Of a stretch of DNA of 64,000 nt, positions 60,064-64,000 are shown in pieces. The position numbers and the translations under genes are program-made. This DNA comes from Minutocellus sp. GHC0000111 (taxonomy: Eukaryota): NCBI GenBank assembly GCA_977018835.1, contig OZ361256.1, forward strand, positions 2,604,001 to 2,668,000, in the 5' to 3' direction. Under the pieces are notes generated by a model that worked only from the letters and a program-made list of their open reading frames with translations, did no database searches and had not been told where the DNA came from. Numbering within the stretch: position 1 is the first letter of the stretch; every line of letters begins with the position of its first letter.

Positions 60064-62433
60064 CTACTGCCCTCTTCGCTTTCTTGCGCCTTGACCCAAG
60101 AGAAGCATTCGAGTTAGCTCTTGGTAGTCAAGGCTGCCATCGTCATTGATGTCCCACTCCGATATGAGTGATTTGGCCTCTTCGAGCAGAACTTCCTTCC
60201 CGGTAGCTTCTCTTACAACTCTAATAAGATCTTCTGCTTCTATTTTGCCATCCTTGGTTATGTCGAGAGCCTCAAATGTTCTCTTCAAACGCGTAAATCG
60301 CCCAAAATCATCGTCGTTGTCCACAGCCTCGTCACCTGCGACAATATCAAGAACTGCATCTCTGAGCAATTCCTGAAGAGAAATCTGATCCATCATCGTC
60401 TCTTTCCGTTGCAGTATGCCTCCGTCATCAATTTCGCCGGTTGCCTTCACGTTATCGTCAAGGAAACTCTTCGAAAGACTGTGAAGCTCATCTCTAAGGA
60501 GCCGGTCTAGCTTGTCATGGTTTGCTTCTTCGCAAACAATATCTTCGAAAGATTGTGCAAGTCGCTGTTGTGCGAGCTCGGGTCTACCCAGTTCTCTCCC
60601 AAGTTCAATTGTTCGCAGAAGGGATTTCTTTCTCAAATCCAAGTTCTTTCTTTCTCGATAGAGTCTAGCTCGCTCAGCCTCGATATCCTGCCGTTATTGC
60701 ATCTTTTCCTCCTCCATTTCGATCAATTCGAACCTATTTTTGAGATCGCCATCGGCGACAAGATGGCTGAAAGCTCGACCTAGAGCAGGTGATGCTGGAG
60801 TGACCTTCCACAACCACCCGCCATCGGAAGACCGATCGACAAGAAATCCAAGAACATCTTCTCTCATTAGGTCCATTAGGCCAGTCTTGTCTCCGTCAAA
60901 TATTTCATCCCTCAACTCAGAGAAGCTCACTGCCTTCTCTGGTGACCCAACGATGCGCAATATTGTCTGCCACAACTGAAGTTGAGTCCAACCGACATCT
61001 TCTGATCCTTCATCATTGGCTCCTTCACCATTTTGGCTCGCTTGGGCTTCGGAGTATATTGATTTCAGTGGATCAAGATAAGGATCCATATCGTCTTCGT
61101 CTGCATCAGAACTTTGACCATTTCCACTGGAATCGTCACTCTCCTTAGCCTGAGCAAATGCAGCCACCACTCGCTCTACCTGCTGCTGAAATCGAGCAGC
61201 GATGACATCTTGGAATATCTCTTTTCGCTCTTCCTTTGACTTGACATTTTCTTGCGACAATCGATACTGAACATCTCTACTCACGCCCTTGACGTCGTGG
61301 ATGAAACCGCCAAACACCCCGGTAATGCTCTTAATTTCATCATCGGATGCGTTGGGGATTTCTAATTTGACGATGGCTGCCGCATCTGTCATTTCGAGGT
61401 CACCAAGGCCGACCACTTTGACATGACCCCGCGTGATTCTATTCTGATCTGTCAAGCTCAAGACTAATTGCTCGTTGCCCGTGAGAACAACATGCGCCAG
61501 ACGGCGCTCTTTTGTAACGTAAACACACCATTGCATTAGCCGTTGCGCTAGCATCTGGCCCTCGCTACTGCCCATCCAACTGCCCTGTCCCTCGCCAAGG
61601 CCATCAATAACAATCACAGGTCGAGGCTTGGTCGGATTTTCTTCTGCATTTTTCTTCAGCGCTTCGGTTACAACCAACAGACCTGTGGCCAAGTCTCGAT
61701 CCCCAAAACGCTCCTTCATTACCAGAATTTCCGACCCTGCGAATGGTAGGACATCGACTAGGGCATGGCGAAGGCGCAACCAACGCAGATCAAAGGCATG
61801 GACCAGCACATGTGTAAATGACGACAAACTATCGACCAGCTGAGCAAGCTGCACATACGTAACACCCCGATCGGATGAGAGGCTGTTGACCTTGCCCTTT
61901 CCCTTTCCAACTCCACCACGCAGCAGCTCAGAGACAAAGCGCGACTTGCCAGCCTCATTTCCACCAGCAATCACAATGATCTGGGAGGGATCTTGACTGA
62001 GCAGAGTGGACACCTCGGCCAATTCCTTGTCTCGGCCGAGCAGACCACCGCCGCCGTTACTTTCCGCTGCATCATCACCACTCTGCTGTTGAGTCAACTC
62101 GTCATCCTTCTTCGACAGTGCCTCCCTGCATATGTCCACTCGGTACACATAGTCGTAGGTGAAGTAGGCAATCCAAACCGTGAATGGCAGAGTAGCGACC
62201 GACAGCAGTCCGAAGCGGGCAATGTCAATCCCGGTAGTCTTCGGGGGCATATGATAGGCGGGTGCATTATTATTGCTCCATCTCTGACGTGGACGTATTC
62301 TTCCAGCGGTTGCCGAAGCGGTGTTGTGAAGAGCGGCCGAATCTGCTCCGTGGGCACTGGTATTGCCCAAACGAGGTCGGAACTTGTCGATGAGACGACG
62401 GAGGGTGGTGGATGATGATCGAGCTGCCATCAT
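60064..62433 (-). pseudogene. Membrane-anchored P-loop ATPase with C-terminal EF-hands; in-frame TAA at 60694-60696
   Basis: Arg/Ser-rich leader, TM helix, AGGNEAGKS and VIVIDG; EKMQ*RQDIEAERARL continues in frame into two EF-hands (DITKDGKIEAED, DINDDGSLDYQE). Confidence 0.7.
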
Positions 62434-62697
62434 ATAATGTTTTATGCAAGAAATGAGCACATCATGAGCGCAGAGGCGCGGCCGCAGAACAGAAAAATGA
62501 AGCGTATCTTCTTCCAACGGGCCTGTCCTTCGTCGGATCCATCGTAGGTCGGGCTGACTGCTGCTGCTGCCCGCGGAGCGGAGCGGAGAGCGGAGAGCAT
62601 TCTCAATTTGGTTGGCACATTGAACACCTCCCCACGCTTGGTCAACACGGTGGTTTGTTCTTACCGTTTTGAGCACGGTCGTGTTTTGAGTGTCATC

Positions 62698-63750
62698 ATG
62701 AGCGCGCCCGAAGAAACGGGCGCCGATACCAGCGCTGCCGCCGCCCCTCCGTCTCTCGAGGCGGCCATCTCGGCACTCCCCGATCTTCTCGGAAATCGGT
62801 TGGCCGAGATCGAGAAGCGCGAGCAAGAACTTGCCAAGGCCAAGAAGGCCTTTGCCGAGGAGACCGGCAAGGCATATGGATCTGCCAAGCCCAGCGATGT
62901 GCTCCAGTTGAACGTCGGTGGTACCAAGCTGACCGTTCTCCGGTCCACCATTTGTTATGCCGAGGGTTCCATGCTCGCGAGCAAGTTCTCTGGGAGGTGG
63001 GATGACTCTCTGGAAGTTGAAATGGACGGAAACTTTTTCATTGATCAGCCGTATGAGCTATTTTGTATTCTGATCAATTACTTCAGGGCGTGCATGTCCG
63101 CTACTCCCAAGGCTCCGCCCGTTAGCATTTATAAAATGACGAGAGACTTGAAGCCACATGAAAAAGAGGACTTTATTCGAATGGTGGAATACTATGGATG
63201 CACAGGAGCAGTATATCCAACCAAGATTCGGTCCAGCAGTGACAGTGCGAAGGTTCGCCAATATCCCGAATGCACCGTTGAGTCCCCTGATTGGTCTACC
63301 TTCACCGTTTTGCCTGATGGTGAACATTACAGACGAATCAAATCTTTTCAAGTCGAAGTCGGAGATGTCGAGCGGATTGTCGTCGGCGTGTCAACAAAAA
63401 GCGATTTCGGCAGTGATTTCAAAGGGGTCGGAGAAGAGAAATACACCCTTGGAATCGACTCATGCAATTCCTCGTTTGTTCTTTTCAGTAAAAACGGGAA
63501 GGAGACAAAAGGTTTGGAAGACATCAAGATTGCAAAGGGATCTGTTATCAAGGTTGACCTTCACAGAGCTGGCAGCTCATACCAACAATCTTCCTGGCCC
63601 GAAAAAGTTTTCGTTGATGGAAAGTTGGCGTTTGCCTGGGCAGATATTTACAGATTGGATAACAGTCTTTCTAAGAGCACAGAGGTCTTTCCTGCCATCA
63701 GTGTGAAAGGAAGCTTTAGCATTTGTGACGTCGAATTGGGCTTTGAATGA
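62698..63750 (+). CDS. BTB/POZ (KCTD-type) domain protein
   Basis: DVLQLNVGG....LRSTI....GSMLASKFSGRWD......DGNFFID..LF..LINYFR. Confidence 0.88.
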   Translation: MSAPEETGADTSAAAAPPSLEAAISALPDLLGNRLAEIEKREQELAKAKKAFAEETGKAYGSAKPSDVLQLNVGGTKLTVLRSTICYAEGSMLASKFSGRWDDSLEVEMDGNFFIDQPYELFCILINYFRACMSATPKAPPVSIYKMTRDLKPHEKEDFIRMVEYYGCTGAVYPTKIRSSSDSAKVRQYPECTVESPDWSTFTVLPDGEHYRRIKSFQVEVGDVERIVVGVSTKSDFGSDFKGVGEEKYTLGIDSCNSSFVLFSKNGKETKGLEDIKIAKGSVIKVDLHRAGSSYQQSSWPEKVFVDGKLAFAWADIYRLDNSLSKSTEVFPAISVKGSFSICDVELGFE

Positions 63751-64000
63751 GGGCACTCTTGGGCTCTCAAATACAAATTGTTTTCCGGTAAGGCACTAGA
63801 TCTACATTTGTGTACTCTGGCAGATCTTGAGCCATTTGCTTGGGTTGCCAGAAAAGGGTGGGCAAGGGAGGCCATCCTTTTCGACCTTCGAGGGGGGGGG
63901 GGTCCGCCCCCGCCCCCCCGCGCGCGCGCCGAAGTTGAGTCTGTCCGTCATCAGTATCAAGCCTCCCTCAATCGAAGCAAAGCAACATGATACTGGGGGC

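Noticed and set aside
1..64000. Full ciliate-type TAR=Gln genetic code
   Set aside because: MVD, ABCB, the phosphatase and others end at TAA/TAG at plausible C-termini, and 1000-1400 aa genes contain no in-frame TAR.
1..64000. CRISPR array, rRNA or prokaryotic operon
   Set aside because: No repeat-spacer array or rRNA-like sequence; introns and targeting peptides show eukaryotic nuclear DNA.

Overview
Gene-dense eukaryotic nuclear DNA, almost certainly a diatom: it has a frustulin ACR-domain gene, several signal+ASAF-type plastid leaders, CoDi-like Copia relics and short GT-AG introns. About 25 distinct genes are present. The centre is a head-to-tail 13,820-bp tandem duplication (14147-27966 / 27967-41786) with a blunt, out-of-frame junction; the four differences I found between the copies are all CpG transitions. 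Each copy carries (i) a small TRIM-like element with 152-bp direct repeats, a PBS-like site and a PPT-like tract, (ii) a Tc1/mariner-type transposon inserted at the TA starting the second repeat, with an internal inversion and apparent TpA->CpA/TpG substitutions, (iii) a Copia relic, (iv) a frameshifted bestrophin, (v) an ABCB exporter in TMD-NBD-NBD-TMD order and (vi) a stand-alone, divergent thymidylate-synthase-fold gene. The most novel candidate is the TRIM-like element: its repeats contain a 52-nt tRNA-like fold whose 3' end, once CCA is added, is exactly complementary to the element's own PBS-like site, suggesting a self-encoded primer. Outside the duplication, four otherwise intact genes carry six in-frame TAA/TAG codons (no TGA), one at the conserved Gln of a PQ-loop, and a 1.2-kb intron-containing piece of an ankyrin gene is copied 38 kb away. 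All calls come from reading the sequence and motifs by eye; no searches were run.
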